From: an uncultured bacterium
Lineage (GTDB): Bacteria; Electryoneota; B3-LCP
DNA length: 64,000 bases
Assembly (NCBI GenBank): GCA_964623265.1
Contig: CAZUTK010000005.1
Span: forward strand, 746 to 64,745
Reading direction: 5' to 3'
The position numbers and the translations under genes are program-made. Of this stretch, positions 28,042-38,281 are shown in pieces; position 1 is the stretch's first letter; the number at the start of each line of letters is the position of its first letter. A model generated the notes under the pieces. The model searched no databases. It saw only the letters and a list, made by a program, of their open reading frames with translations, and had not been told where the DNA came from.

Positions 28042-28671
28042 TTAACCGGAGACCACCACTTTCGCGTGGCGGATCACTTTATCGCCCAGCCGGTAACCGC
28101 GCTGGAATTCCTGCAGGACGATGCCGGCTTCCGCTCCGCTGTCCTGCTGCTGCAGCATCGCTTCGTGCAGCGCCGGGTCGAAAGGCAACCCAACGGATTC
28201 GATCGGTTTCAACCCGCGCGCGGTGAGGACTTCCAGCAGTTTATCGCGGATCAATTCCGCGCCGCGGAGTTCCTGTTTGATGGTTTCCGCGTCGTCGTTG
28301 TCTTTCCTGACGTTTTCGATCAAGCGGTCGAAGTCGTCCAGGATGGGGAGCAGCGCGGTGATCAGCGCTTCGGAAGCGCTGTTGAGCAGGGAGGTGAATT
28401 CCAGCTGTTTGCGGCGTTTGAAATTCTCGAATTCCGCCGCCTTGCGCAGGTAGAGATCTTTATATTCGTCTAATTCGAGTTTCAGCTGCGCGATTTGTTC
28501 TTCCGGATCCAACGGAGGTGATTCCTGAACAGCGGCATCTGCGGAAGGGATCTCCGGCTGTTCGGCGCCTTCCGCATCCGGGCTGATTTCCTCCGCTCGA
28601 TTTGCTTCCAATTCGATTGGATCCTTTTTATCTTCCTGATTCATAGCAGTGTTTGCGTCTTTATTCCGCAT
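28042..28671 (-). CDS. grpE: Nucleotide exchange factor GrpE.
   Basis: Coiled-coil N-terminus and GrpE C-terminal motifs 'LRKAAEFENFKRR', 'GYRLGDKVIRHAKVVV'. Confidence 0.85.
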   Translation of the reverse strand: MRNKDANTAMNQEDKKDPIELEANRAEEISPDAEGAEQPEIPSADAAVQESPPLDPEEQIAQLKLELDEYKDLYLRKAAEFENFKRRKQLEFTSLLNSASEALITALLPILDDFDRLIENVRKDNDDAETIKQELRGAELIRDKLLEVLTARGLKPIESVGLPFDPALHEAMLQQQDSGAEAGIVLQEFQRGYRLGDKVIRHAKVVVSG

Positions 28672-28676
28672 CGCGG

Positions 28677-29705
28677 CTATTCGCCGGCGATGGAGTCAAT
28701 CTTCTGGGACGTATATTCGATGATGGAGACGGCTTTGGGATAATTCATGCGCGTGGGTCCGATCAAGCCGATGGCGCCGCTCAGACTGCCGTAGCGGTAC
28801 GGCGCGGAGACGATCGAGAGCGAAGAGAGAGGCGAGAGCTGATTCTCTTTGCCGATGCGCACTTCGACGCCGCCTTCCCGCCTGGCGAACAGATGCACGA
28901 AGAGTTTCTTGTCTTCCAGAAGAGTCAGCACCTTGCGCAGTTCCTCCACGTTGTAAAATTCCGGCTGCGACGCCAAGCCTCGCATCCCATTGACGAGATA
29001 ATCGTCCCTTTCGCTGAAGCTGAAGACTTCGTCGGCGCGGTCCACGACTTTGCGGATGACAGCGGTTTTTTCCGATGCGACGCCGTGAAGTCTCTGCTGG
29101 ATGGAGTTACGGATCTCCGCCAGGGTTAATCCGGCCAGCCGCTGATTCAGAAACGCCGTCACCCATTCGATCTCCTCGCGGGTGATGGCGGCTTCCAATT
29201 CGAGCAGCAGGGAACGCACCAAGCCGGTCTGGATGGTGATGACGACCAGGATTTTTTCCCCGCCGACGCCGATCAGGTCAATGCGATGCAGGATGGCTTC
29301 TTCAAACCGCGGGGAGATCACCACGCAGAGCAGTCTGGAGATGTCCGCGAGCAGATGCGCCGTCTGTTCCAGCACGTTGACGATATCTGTGGAGCCGAGG
29401 CGGCTGATTTCCCGATCCAGCAGCTCTTTTTCCCGCGGAGTCAGGCGCGAGTGATCCATCAGGTCATCCACGAAGATTCGATACCCGAGTTCGGTGGGGA
29501 CGCGGCCTGCAGACGTGTGCGGCTGGTCGAGGAGCCCCAACTCCTCGAGGTCCGCCATGACATTGCGGATGGTGGCAGGCGAGAAGCGCCCCTTCAGCCT
29601 CCGGGAGAGTGTTCTCGATCCGATGGGATGCGCCGTCAGGATGAACTGCGCGATGACTTCCCGCAGGATCAACTTCTCGCGATCGCTTAGCACCCGTTTG
29701 TTCAT
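28677..29705 (-). CDS. hrcA: Heat-inducible transcription repressor HrcA.
   Basis: N-terminal winged helix 'LSDREKLILREVIAQFILTAHPIGSRTL'. 342 aa. It is directly upstream of grpE-dnaJ. Confidence 0.85.
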   Translation of the reverse strand: MNKRVLSDREKLILREVIAQFILTAHPIGSRTLSRRLKGRFSPATIRNVMADLEELGLLDQPHTSAGRVPTELGYRIFVDDLMDHSRLTPREKELLDREISRLGSTDIVNVLEQTAHLLADISRLLCVVISPRFEEAILHRIDLIGVGGEKILVVITIQTGLVRSLLLELEAAITREEIEWVTAFLNQRLAGLTLAEIRNSIQQRLHGVASEKTAVIRKVVDRADEVFSFSERDDYLVNGMRGLASQPEFYNVEELRKVLTLLEDKKLFVHLFARREGGVEVRIGKENQLSPLSSLSIVSAPYRYGSLSGAIGLIGPTRMNYPKAVSIIEYTSQKIDSIAGE

Positions 29706-29827
29706 ACCGAGAACGCCTCTGAATTGACGTTACGATTCTTGATCCGCTCACAACCGACACGTTTGCGCGGCGTGAAATCCGCGTTTCGATTGCATTCTAT
29801 AAAAGGTAATAAATCAATATAAAAATG

Positions 29828-30808
29828 TCAAGGGAATTTCTTTTCTTTGCCGGACTCGGAAGCCCCAAATTTCTGCAGCAGCAAACCGTACCTCAAGCCT
29901 CGTTCGGAAGTTATATATTCTTCCCGCCCCAGTTTTACAAGAAGGGTATGCACGATCATCATGCCCGGGAGAATGATTTCCGCGCGCCTTTTACCGATGC
30001 CCGGCAGTGCGCGGCGTTGTTCCAGGTTCATACGCGAGAAAGTTGCGATGAAGCGTCGCAGGCGATCCAGGGTGATGCGGTGCCCAGCGATTTTTTCCGG
30101 TTGATAGGCGGTCAGGTTGAGGTCGGCGGCGGCTAAAGCCGAGGCGGTGCCGCCGCAGACAAGCAGTTTCCTGACTGAATTCAGCCGGAAAGCGGACAGG
30201 TCGCCGATCTGATCTTCCAGATAACCTTGAAGCGCCTGCAGTGAGTTTTCAGGAGGCGGATCGCGACGGATGAATCGCTGCTGCAACGTGACGGCTCCCA
30301 CCGGCAGGGATACGGAGGCTTTTACTTCGCCTGCTGCACCCAGGATGACTTCTGTGGAGCCGCCCCCCACATCCGCCAAGAGGATTTCCTCGCGGGGGTC
30401 TTCCAAGCCGGAGACAACGCCGAGGTAAGTCAGCCGGGCTTCCTCCTCGCCGCTCAGGATGCGGATATCGAGGTCGAGTTCCCGTTTCGCCCGCCGGATC
30501 AAGACGTCGGCGTTCTTCGCGACGCGCAGCGCCTGCGTCGCCGCGATGCGGATTTCTCCGGCTCCGTAGGTTTCGGCTTCCCGTCGGAACTCCGCCAGCT
30601 GATTCAGGTTTAGGTCTATCGCCGCCGGCGAAAGAAAGCCTGCATCATTCAAGCCGCGCCCCAGGTCATTGGTGCGCACATCATGCTTCAAGGGGCGGAG
30701 TCCGCCGTTTTGCGAGACTTCCGCCAGCAGAAACAAGGTCGAATTGGTGCCGAGATCCAGACCGGCTAAGATTCTTGCGTTGCACGGCTGTGCAGAATCG
30801 CTTCGCAT
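29828..30808 (-). CDS. Ppx/GppA family exopolyphosphatase / guanosine pentaphosphate phosphohydrolase.
   Basis: Actin-like ATPase motifs 'ILAGLDLGTNSTLFLLAEV', 'IRIAATQALRVAKN', 'LLADVGGGSTEV'. Confidence 0.75.
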   Translation of the reverse strand: MRSDSAQPCNARILAGLDLGTNSTLFLLAEVSQNGGLRPLKHDVRTNDLGRGLNDAGFLSPAAIDLNLNQLAEFRREAETYGAGEIRIAATQALRVAKNADVLIRRAKRELDLDIRILSGEEEARLTYLGVVSGLEDPREEILLADVGGGSTEVILGAAGEVKASVSLPVGAVTLQQRFIRRDPPPENSLQALQGYLEDQIGDLSAFRLNSVRKLLVCGGTASALAAADLNLTAYQPEKIAGHRITLDRLRRFIATFSRMNLEQRRALPGIGKRRAEIILPGMMIVHTLLVKLGREEYITSERGLRYGLLLQKFGASESGKEKKFP

Positions 30809-30814
30809 AGGGAA

Positions 30815-31708
30815 TCATCGTGTTGCGCGTTGATAGATCCAGGTAAGGACGACGTCGCCGACCGCCTTCAGAGAAGCGGCGGAGCAGTTTTGCGCGACGT
30901 CTTCCATCGTATGCCAAAATTTGTATTCAAAATCCACCAGATTCACCACGGGGATCCCCGCTTGCATCAGGGGAATGTGGTCGTCATACACCGCCGTGCC
31001 GGGGCGGGGGTCGAATTCCTTTTTGCCGAATGCGGCGGCGATGGCGAATATCTCCCGAACCAGAGTCGGCGAACTCTGCAGCGAATACAGCTCCTGGGGG
31101 ATGCGCAGGTCCCGATCCCCCACCAGATCCAGAAGCAGAGCGGCTTCCGGAAGCGGCAACTGCAGTCGGGAGGCATATTCCCGGGAACCGAGCAGATATT
31201 CATTCAGATGTCCTTCCCTCCCCATATCTTCCCCGTCGAAGAGAGCGATTTCCACGGCGATACCCGGATCCCTCGCCGCCAGACAACGTGCGATCTCCAG
31301 GAGCACGGCGACGCCCGAGGCGCCATCGTTGGCGCCCGGGACGGGCTTTTTCCGATTTTGCGGATCGGGATCCTGATCCGCCCAGGGGCGGGTGTCCCAG
31401 TGCGCGCAGAGCAGGATTTTTCGGGGATGTTCCGGATAGAATCCCGCGATTACATTGGACAACGAAACCGTTTGCGAGGTTCCTGGGATGACGGCCGAGA
31501 AGGGCTGCAGGTCCAGCGTGCGAGCGTATTTTTTCAACTCGGCTTCCAGATACCGGAGGCAGAGGCGGTGCCCTTCACTGCCTGGGTTGCGTGGACCGAA
31601 AGCCAGTTGCGCCTGCAGGTGCTCCCAGGCTTTGTCGGCGTCGAAGTCCGCGCCGTATCCGAATGAAATTACGAAAAAAGGGAGGAAAATCATAGCGTAT
31701 CGCCGCAT
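30815..31708 (-). CDS. M28-family secreted aminopeptidase / glutaminyl-cyclase-like protein.
   Basis: Signal peptide. 'ILLCAHWDTRP', 'GANDGASGVAVLLEIAR', 'ALFDGEDMG' metal-ligand motifs of the M28 fold. Confidence 0.65.
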   Translation of the reverse strand: MRRYAMIFLPFFVISFGYGADFDADKAWEHLQAQLAFGPRNPGSEGHRLCLRYLEAELKKYARTLDLQPFSAVIPGTSQTVSLSNVIAGFYPEHPRKILLCAHWDTRPWADQDPDPQNRKKPVPGANDGASGVAVLLEIARCLAARDPGIAVEIALFDGEDMGREGHLNEYLLGSREYASRLQLPLPEAALLLDLVGDRDLRIPQELYSLQSSPTLVREIFAIAAAFGKKEFDPRPGTAVYDDHIPLMQAGIPVVNLVDFEYKFWHTMEDVAQNCSAASLKAVGDVVLTWIYQRATR

Positions 31709-31739
31709 CGCTCGCCTCGCTGGAAAATTCTAAACTCGA

Positions 31740-34700
31740 TCAACCGCGGATGGTGATGTTGACTCGGATGCCGAACTCTTGGAAGTTGGAATCGCCGGTT
31801 TTGCTCTTATTCGAACCATATTCGAAGTGCATTCCTCCGGTGACGGTGTTGGAAAAAGTATAGTCCAGACTGGGTTTGACCGACCAGGTTTTGTTGAAGT
31901 TGGTTTCGGTGAATTTGCCCGCCGCCTCGTTTTCCGTTCGGCTGTTGGACATATTGAACGCCAGAGCGAAGGTCGTGTTGTTCTTGAAGCGTTTGTTCTT
32001 GAAGGGCCAGACCGGAATAGGGATTTGAAACCCTGTCTTCATAGAATAACTGGCGCTTAACTGCAGATTCGATTGTTTGGTTCGCGATTTGGATGAAGTC
32101 GGGATCTTCGCCACCGATCCGGTTTCGGTCAAGTTGTATCTTAAATTGGCGGTGATGCCGCGCTTGAAGGTCATATTGATGCCCAGAAGCGGGCTGAAGT
32201 TGCGCGAATAGTCGTATTTGTTGACGTTTTCCTTCCGTTCCGTCCAGGTGGTGGTGCGCGATCCGCTGAAGGTGTTCTCGAGCGTCACGGTCTCGGCGAT
32301 TTTCTGGAATGCCGGGAACTTTTCCCAGCCGGACCAGGAGATAGACCACTCCGGGATGGGGATCTCGAAGACGTCAATGGAGTCGCCGCCGGTCTTAAAG
32401 AAATAGAGCTGGGATTCCGCGAAGGTGCCGTTGGTGCTGTTGGATTCGTTGCGGCTCCAGCGGTAGTTGTAATTCAACGAGATCTTGAAGTTTCGGGTGA
32501 AATCCAAACCCGATTTGAATTTATAATCGTCGCTGCGGGAGCGGGTGGAGTAGCCGGTGTAGAATTGGGCGGAATCAATCTTCGAATAGTCCCGCGAGTT
32601 CAACCCCAACTGATACCCCAGTCCGGCTTGGCCGTCCACCAGAGGATCAGACCAGTTGTTCTGCTGGGTGTAGTCCACGCGGATATCCCGCAGCCGCGTG
32701 ACCGTGTAACGCAGGGCGTACCAGAGGTCCTGTAGGGCGCTTTTTTCCTTCGGTTTGGCGATTTCGAGGAATTCCCGCGTCGTGGTGTCGGGTTCGGTTC
32801 CCCGCATGCTGGTGGTATCCACACGGGTGGAATCGTGTCCGGTGGTGTCGCCTGGGAGGGGCTGGAACTCGGGTGTCGGCGGGGGCTGGACCGAGGGTTC
32901 CATTCCCTTATCCGGCCGGCCGGGTTCGCGCTGATCCGGAGCACCCCGGGCGCCTGCCGCCGGTTCGGACGTGGGTTTTTTAAGGATCTGCGTCAGCTTC
33001 AGGGTGGCGGAAGCCGACAGCGAGGTGTTGTTCGAGATGGACTGTCCGCTGGAGGCGTAGGGCTGCTGCCAAGCCCAATGATAGCCGGAGCTGTAGCGTC
33101 CGTCCGTATCCAGCCAGGAGAAGAAGCGGGGTGTGTAGGATCCAGTCACCGTCTGATTGATGTCAATGTCCCGTTCCCAAGCCAGATCGCCGCGCAGGAT
33201 GTCGTCTAAGTCTTTTGGGTTGTCGGGATCCTTCAACAAATCCGCTTTGTGCGTGCGGTTGAAATCGAAGGTGAGGTTTTCGAAGGGGCGCCAGCCGCTG
33301 ACTAGACCCTTGTTGAGATAGAATGTATGGCTGTATTGCAATGTCCCGGCGCGCAGACGCCCCTGGCTGACCATTTCCGTGCCGGCGAGCGACAGGTTCA
33401 GCTTCGTGATCAGCCAGTAGAGCTTGGCATTGCTGTATTTGCGCAGCAGCGGCACGCTTCGCAGCCAGGTCAGGAAGGAGAGACTCGGGCGTCCGAAGGT
33501 GAGGTTATAGCCCAGGTCGGCGCTGTTGGTGGTCGAATGCTGATAAAGGGTGGTGGGGTTTGTGGATTCCTGTCGGGCGAAATCGTAGCCGGCGGAGAGC
33601 CGGTCCACGGTATATTTCAGGACCGGGTTCGCCGAGGGCATATTCTTGGAGATGTCCACTCCGGCGCCGAAATTGCGATTGAAGCTCTTGACCGTATCCA
33701 TCTGCGCCGCGTCGTTTTGATCAATCAGGATGTCGCTGTTGGGGAAGTAATAGGGGACGGTTTCCGATTGGGAGAAGTTGCCTGAGACGGGAATGGATAA
33801 TCCCCATTTGGGGTCGAAGACCTTCTGCAATTGCAGGGTTCCGGTGGCACTTCCGGAGAGCGAGTTCGCGCGGGTGCCCACGCGGGTGTTGACGTTGTGA
33901 AAATCGCCGTCTTTGATGTCCAGATTGCCGTGCAGCGTCAGCAGATCCGCCATAGTCAAGTCGGCGGAGGCGCGCGCAGCCCGCCCGATGTCCTTCTTGA
34001 CTTCGCTCACGCGCAGTTCGTCCAGCCAGATCTGCAAACCGTCCGTCGCCAGCACATCGCCGTCGCGCGGGATGATCCCCACCGTGAATTGGCGCACCTG
34101 GGAAATGGAGGGATTGCCCATCACCGCCAGAGAATCCGAACCGTTGATCAACACGGCGTAGCGCTGGTTAGGGTTGGTCCTCTCCAGCTTGATTTTCGTG
34201 AGTTCTTCGAGATCAATCTCGATGTTATTCCTGACATCCCAGCCTGGGTAGACGCGTTGGCGGTATTCGTAGTAGTTCCTTGTGGTGTCGGCTCCGAAGC
34301 GGAAGAACATCCAGATTTCCCGCTGGTCAAAGACCTCTTCGTTGAGGATGCCGCCGCCGTGCACGAACATCTTGAGCTTGCGGTATTCGAGCAGGTCGAA
34401 GGTGTCGTAGAGGCGGCGCACTACGACGCCGGCGCTGTCGCGGGGCAGATCGTTGATGCGCAATTGCAGCGATTGTTCCTGGCTGACGATGTCGGTGACC
34501 GGATCGCGGTAGCCGGCGACGCCGGGCGGGGCGATGTAGTAGGGGTTGTCGTAGGTGTTGATGACTTCCACCGAGACGCGCTCGTAGGCGCTGTCCGCGG
34601 GAGTGGTGACGGGGACGGCTTCCCATTCGTTTCCGACGATTTCGAGCGTGGCGATGGAGATTTCGTAGAGCGTGGAATCTTCGAAGCCATCCACCCAGAC

Positions 34701-37700
34701 GCGGGCGAATTCGATCTGAGTCAGACTGGGGCTGCCGATGGGCACGCCGGCTTCGATGGGGATGCGGTAGAGTTTCCAGTGTTTGGCGTTGGGCGGCGAG
34801 ACGAGATAGGAATCGAGTTGCCAGGAGCCGCCGGGCCGAAATCCTTCCCGCTGGGGATCCACCGTCGTTTCGGAGAGGTCTATCGTGTAGCGGAAGAAGT
34901 TGTTTTCCAGATCGAGGCTGTTGTTGCGGTTGATGTCTTCGGTATCCGGATAGCGCCCGCCTTCGTCGTTCTTGTTGTTTTCCGTGCCGTTGATCTGCCA
35001 GACGTTGTAGGGATCTTGGGGGGAGTACGCCCAGTCGTCGTTGGAGACGGGGTTGCCGGGCGAGTTCCAGCGGTCATTGGGATCGGTGCCAGCGACGCCG
35101 TCCAGACCGGTGTCTTCTCCGTCGTCGAGGAAGCCGTTGCCCCAGAGGAGCCCTTCCAAGGGCTTGTCTTCCGTGTCCAGCACATTATTGGGGATGACGT
35201 CTTCGCTGATCTTGCCCAGATCAATGTGCAGCTTGCCTTTCACATCGTACTTATTCCCCTGATTGACTTTCAGCATCACCTCGATGTATTTGGCGCGCTG
35301 TTGATCCGCGTAACCCGCGGAGAGCGCTTTCATCACGCCGTTCCAGGACTGCGCGTACAACGGCTGCTTATTGTAGAAATAATTGCTGTCCGGCGAAGTC
35401 GGGATGAAGTAGAAAGAGAGCACGTGGGTTCTCTGGGCGACGTTGGCGTTGGTGGGGCGGTTGGGCCAGATGTCTTCGATGGCGACCTGGTCGAAAGGAT
35501 TGAACCAGGCGAACTTGCCGAGCCGCTTTCCGGCGATTTCTCCCGCGGGGTAGGATGCCTGCGTCCACTGCCGGCGCATAATGCCCAGCGGCGTCGTCTT
35601 CTTGATGGATTCGAAGTCATCTACGTACGCCACGCCGTCCGGGTCTCCGGTCGCCTTATTGTCCAGGGAATTGGGGTTGGGATGCACCTGCGCGTATTCC
35701 ACTTCGACCGTGAAGCGCGAAGGGGCTTCGGTTTCGATCAGGGGGAGGCGGTCCACGGCGGAAGTCAGGAATTTCGGCTGGAAGACCAGGCGGGTGTTGA
35801 CGTCCCAGAGGAAATTGCGCAGCGGTTCGTTGCCGACTTTGACCCGATCCTGCAGCGGGCGTTCGTTCAGGTAGAGCGCCGTGGCTCCGATGAAGGATTG
35901 ATCCCAGAGCGCGTATTCTCCTCGCACGCCTAGGAGGGTCTTCTTGTCCAGTTGGAACAGTTCGCCGGATTCGTACAGGATTTCCAGATTGGCGGAAGGC
36001 GAGAGCGCCGCTTCGTTCAGGATCGTCAGGGTGCCGGAGTAATAATCAATGACGTAATCCGTGCCTTTCTGCAGCTTGCGCCCGCCCAGAGAGACTTCTT
36101 CGGACCCTTCCAGGACATTGAATCCGAGCTGGTAAATCGCCTGGACGCTCTTGTAGTCCACCTTGATCTTGAAATTCGAAGGATAAACCACGGTCGAGTT
36201 GTAGATCGCAGGGATCTTCAGACTGTCCGGCAGAGACTGTGAATAAGGCGCCGGCGACGGAGTGCCGCCGCCCAGTGGAACGAGATAGTAGCCTTCCGGA
36301 TCGAAGGGCTGCAGGTCGGGGAAGATCAGTTCGCCGTACCCGTAGCGAATCAGATTGGGATTGTCGTCAATTTTGCCGTCCGGTTGGAGTTGGCCGGTCT
36401 CGTTGCGCGTATCCAAGCCGAAGAGTGTGAGCAAAGTGGTGGGTTCTCCCTGGTAGGGGAGCGTCTCGATTTCGGAGACGCCGGACGGCTGATAGACGAT
36501 CTTCAGATTGAAGCCGTCCTTTTCGATGTTCACCCCGCCCAGGCTGTACACGTGCCGCCAGGCTAATTTATAGGTGTCGTCCGTGGGCAGAGGATTTGGT
36601 GGGCGCAGGAGTTTCAGGATCGCCGTGGAATCCATCGAGGTGGAGGGATTCAGCGTCCCAAAGGTTTCGCCGCTCTGAGTCTTATAGGCGATCGCCAACA
36701 CGTCGCTGGGCGTCAGCGGCGAATTCAACCGCAGGTAGCCCAGTTCCGTGTCGAGGTAGTACTGGGATCGGTCCAGCGGGACGAAGTTGCCGGGCTGGAA
36801 ATTGCGGTCGTTGAGCAGACTGTCGGCGAGCAGGCTTTCGATGTTGGATTTCGTGTAGAAGCTGGAGTTGACGAGGGCGGAGGTGTCGTTGACCGCCCAG
36901 GCGTAGATCAGATCGGGCGGGAGCGTGCCGGATCCGAGGGTGAATTTTTTATAGACGTAAAACTGGGTGGGATCCACTTTCCAATTCGGGTCGGCGACGT
37001 GCTCCATATTGGTGTTGAAGTACTTGTACTGCTCGCGGAAGCGTTTGTCCAGAAAGTAGTAGCGCCCCACGGATGGCTGGGTCACGTCGAAGGACTGGCT
37101 GGACTGCTGGGCGCCGCCGGTGATGGTCAGCTTGTTCTTCTGCCCCTTTTCGAGACTGGCGATGGTGGTCAGCTTCAAGGCTCCGACCTTGATGTCGGAT
37201 TTCAATCCAAAGAGCCCCTTGTTCTGGCCGGAAAAAGTCGCCAGCTGGGTGCCGGCGAGCTGCATGCTGATGTTGCCGGCTTCGATCTTCTGGATGATTT
37301 CGTCTTCGTAGCCGGTGTAGGTCAGGCGGATGGAGTTTTCGAATTCGAACATCCGTTCGGAATCCTGATCCACTTCGACCGAAACTTTATCGCCCACCTC
37401 CCCCGTGATTTTGAACCGCTGGGTCTGATCGATGTGGAAGCTGTAGTCCGTGCTCTGACCCGTCACCGTCGCCACCTGGGATCTGCCTTCCCGGCGGAAT
37501 CCGCCCTGAATGTTGATGTTGCCGGAAATCCGCAGTCGCACCCGGTCGCCGCCGAAAATCTTGTTGAAGGTCTTCGATTTGATCTTGAAGGGGATCTCGA
37601 TGGTCAGCGCTTCCTTGCCGGCGCCGGCCGCCGCTTTCTGAAGTTCCCGCAAGGCGGATTCGCGGAAGGCTTTGATGAAATCCTGGCGGAGCCGGAAGGC

Positions 37701-38090
37701 GATATATTCATCCATCGTGAAGACGACCGGCTGGAGCCAGTCGTGATCCAGCAGGGTGCGCCGGATCTTGACCGTCTGATAGGTGGAATCTATCTCCGTG
37801 AAGGTCTTGAATTGAGGCGCGTCGGTCTTCAGGATCGCCGCGGTGGTGTCCGACAGGAGGGCGATCGAGAAGGAGAAGGGGCGGTTCCAGTTTCTCAGAT
37901 CTATTGCTCCGCTGGTTTTCAGATCGAGGCGCAGGGAGAAGGAGGGTGCGGAAGTCGAATCCTGAGCGGCGGCGCCGCGGATGGTGAGAAGCAGACAAAG
38001 CGTGAGCAGGGGCGCGAGCGGAACGATCCACAGAGGATGTGGGACGGGGTGCTTTTGACGGTTGCTGGCGACGATTGCTTCGGGAATCAC
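31740..38090 (-). CDS. sprA: SprA (Sov)-like giant outer-membrane T9SS translocon / gliding-associated cell-surface protein.
   Basis: 2116 aa with N-terminal signal peptide. Uniformly beta-rich, aromatic/Asn/Thr/Gly-rich composition throughout. The size class and sequence character are those of the SprA family. Several T9SS cargo genes occur in the same window. Confidence 0.55.
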   Translation of the reverse strand: MIPEAIVASNRQKHPVPHPLWIVPLAPLLTLCLLLTIRGAAAQDSTSAPSFSLRLDLKTSGAIDLRNWNRPFSFSIALLSDTTAAILKTDAPQFKTFTEIDSTYQTVKIRRTLLDHDWLQPVVFTMDEYIAFRLRQDFIKAFRESALRELQKAAAGAGKEALTIEIPFKIKSKTFNKIFGGDRVRLRISGNINIQGGFRREGRSQVATVTGQSTDYSFHIDQTQRFKITGEVGDKVSVEVDQDSERMFEFENSIRLTYTGYEDEIIQKIEAGNISMQLAGTQLATFSGQNKGLFGLKSDIKVGALKLTTIASLEKGQKNKLTITGGAQQSSQSFDVTQPSVGRYYFLDKRFREQYKYFNTNMEHVADPNWKVDPTQFYVYKKFTLGSGTLPPDLIYAWAVNDTSALVNSSFYTKSNIESLLADSLLNDRNFQPGNFVPLDRSQYYLDTELGYLRLNSPLTPSDVLAIAYKTQSGETFGTLNPSTSMDSTAILKLLRPPNPLPTDDTYKLAWRHVYSLGGVNIEKDGFNLKIVYQPSGVSEIETLPYQGEPTTLLTLFGLDTRNETGQLQPDGKIDDNPNLIRYGYGELIFPDLQPFDPEGYYLVPLGGGTPSPAPYSQSLPDSLKIPAIYNSTVVYPSNFKIKVDYKSVQAIYQLGFNVLEGSEEVSLGGRKLQKGTDYVIDYYSGTLTILNEAALSPSANLEILYESGELFQLDKKTLLGVRGEYALWDQSFIGATALYLNERPLQDRVKVGNEPLRNFLWDVNTRLVFQPKFLTSAVDRLPLIETEAPSRFTVEVEYAQVHPNPNSLDNKATGDPDGVAYVDDFESIKKTTPLGIMRRQWTQASYPAGEIAGKRLGKFAWFNPFDQVAIEDIWPNRPTNANVAQRTHVLSFYFIPTSPDSNYFYNKQPLYAQSWNGVMKALSAGYADQQRAKYIEVMLKVNQGNKYDVKGKLHIDLGKISEDVIPNNVLDTEDKPLEGLLWGNGFLDDGEDTGLDGVAGTDPNDRWNSPGNPVSNDDWAYSPQDPYNVWQINGTENNKNDEGGRYPDTEDINRNNSLDLENNFFRYTIDLSETTVDPQREGFRPGGSWQLDSYLVSPPNAKHWKLYRIPIEAGVPIGSPSLTQIEFARVWVDGFEDSTLYEISIATLEIVGNEWEAVPVTTPADSAYERVSVEVINTYDNPYYIAPPGVAGYRDPVTDIVSQEQSLQLRINDLPRDSAGVVVRRLYDTFDLLEYRKLKMFVHGGGILNEEVFDQREIWMFFRFGADTTRNYYEYRQRVYPGWDVRNNIEIDLEELTKIKLERTNPNQRYAVLINGSDSLAVMGNPSISQVRQFTVGIIPRDGDVLATDGLQIWLDELRVSEVKKDIGRAARASADLTMADLLTLHGNLDIKDGDFHNVNTRVGTRANSLSGSATGTLQLQKVFDPKWGLSIPVSGNFSQSETVPYYFPNSDILIDQNDAAQMDTVKSFNRNFGAGVDISKNMPSANPVLKYTVDRLSAGYDFARQESTNPTTLYQHSTTNSADLGYNLTFGRPSLSFLTWLRSVPLLRKYSNAKLYWLITKLNLSLAGTEMVSQGRLRAGTLQYSHTFYLNKGLVSGWRPFENLTFDFNRTHKADLLKDPDNPKDLDDILRGDLAWERDIDINQTVTGSYTPRFFSWLDTDGRYSSGYHWAWQQPYASSGQSISNNTSLSASATLKLTQILKKPTSEPAAGARGAPDQREPGRPDKGMEPSVQPPPTPEFQPLPGDTTGHDSTRVDTTSMRGTEPDTTTREFLEIAKPKEKSALQDLWYALRYTVTRLRDIRVDYTQQNNWSDPLVDGQAGLGYQLGLNSRDYSKIDSAQFYTGYSTRSRSDDYKFKSGLDFTRNFKISLNYNYRWSRNESNSTNGTFAESQLYFFKTGGDSIDVFEIPIPEWSISWSGWEKFPAFQKIAETVTLENTFSGSRTTTWTERKENVNKYDYSRNFSPLLGINMTFKRGITANLRYNLTETGSVAKIPTSSKSRTKQSNLQLSASYSMKTGFQIPIPVWPFKNKRFKNNTTFALAFNMSNSRTENEAAGKFTETNFNKTWSVKPSLDYTFSNTVTGGMHFEYGSNKSKTGDSNFQEFGIRVNITIRG

Positions 38091-38281
38091 GAGAGCAGAG
38101 CCCTTCCTTTAGGGCAGTATGAAACGCGAACTTTCCCTTTGAATTTCGGGCGGTTTGATTTATATTTGGGAACAAAGCACTCGCAACGAGAGTCGAACCC
38201 TCGGAAGTTTGAACTATGGCATGGCGGTTTTTGATCCGAAGAAACTGGATCTTTCGCTAACCGGATCTGGTGGAGAAGCCG

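Noticed and set aside
29706-29827. Looked for a CIRCE element upstream of hrcA.
   Set aside because: No TTAGCACTC/GAGTGCTAA half-sites are present. Only a short GC hairpin was found, so no regulatory feature is called.
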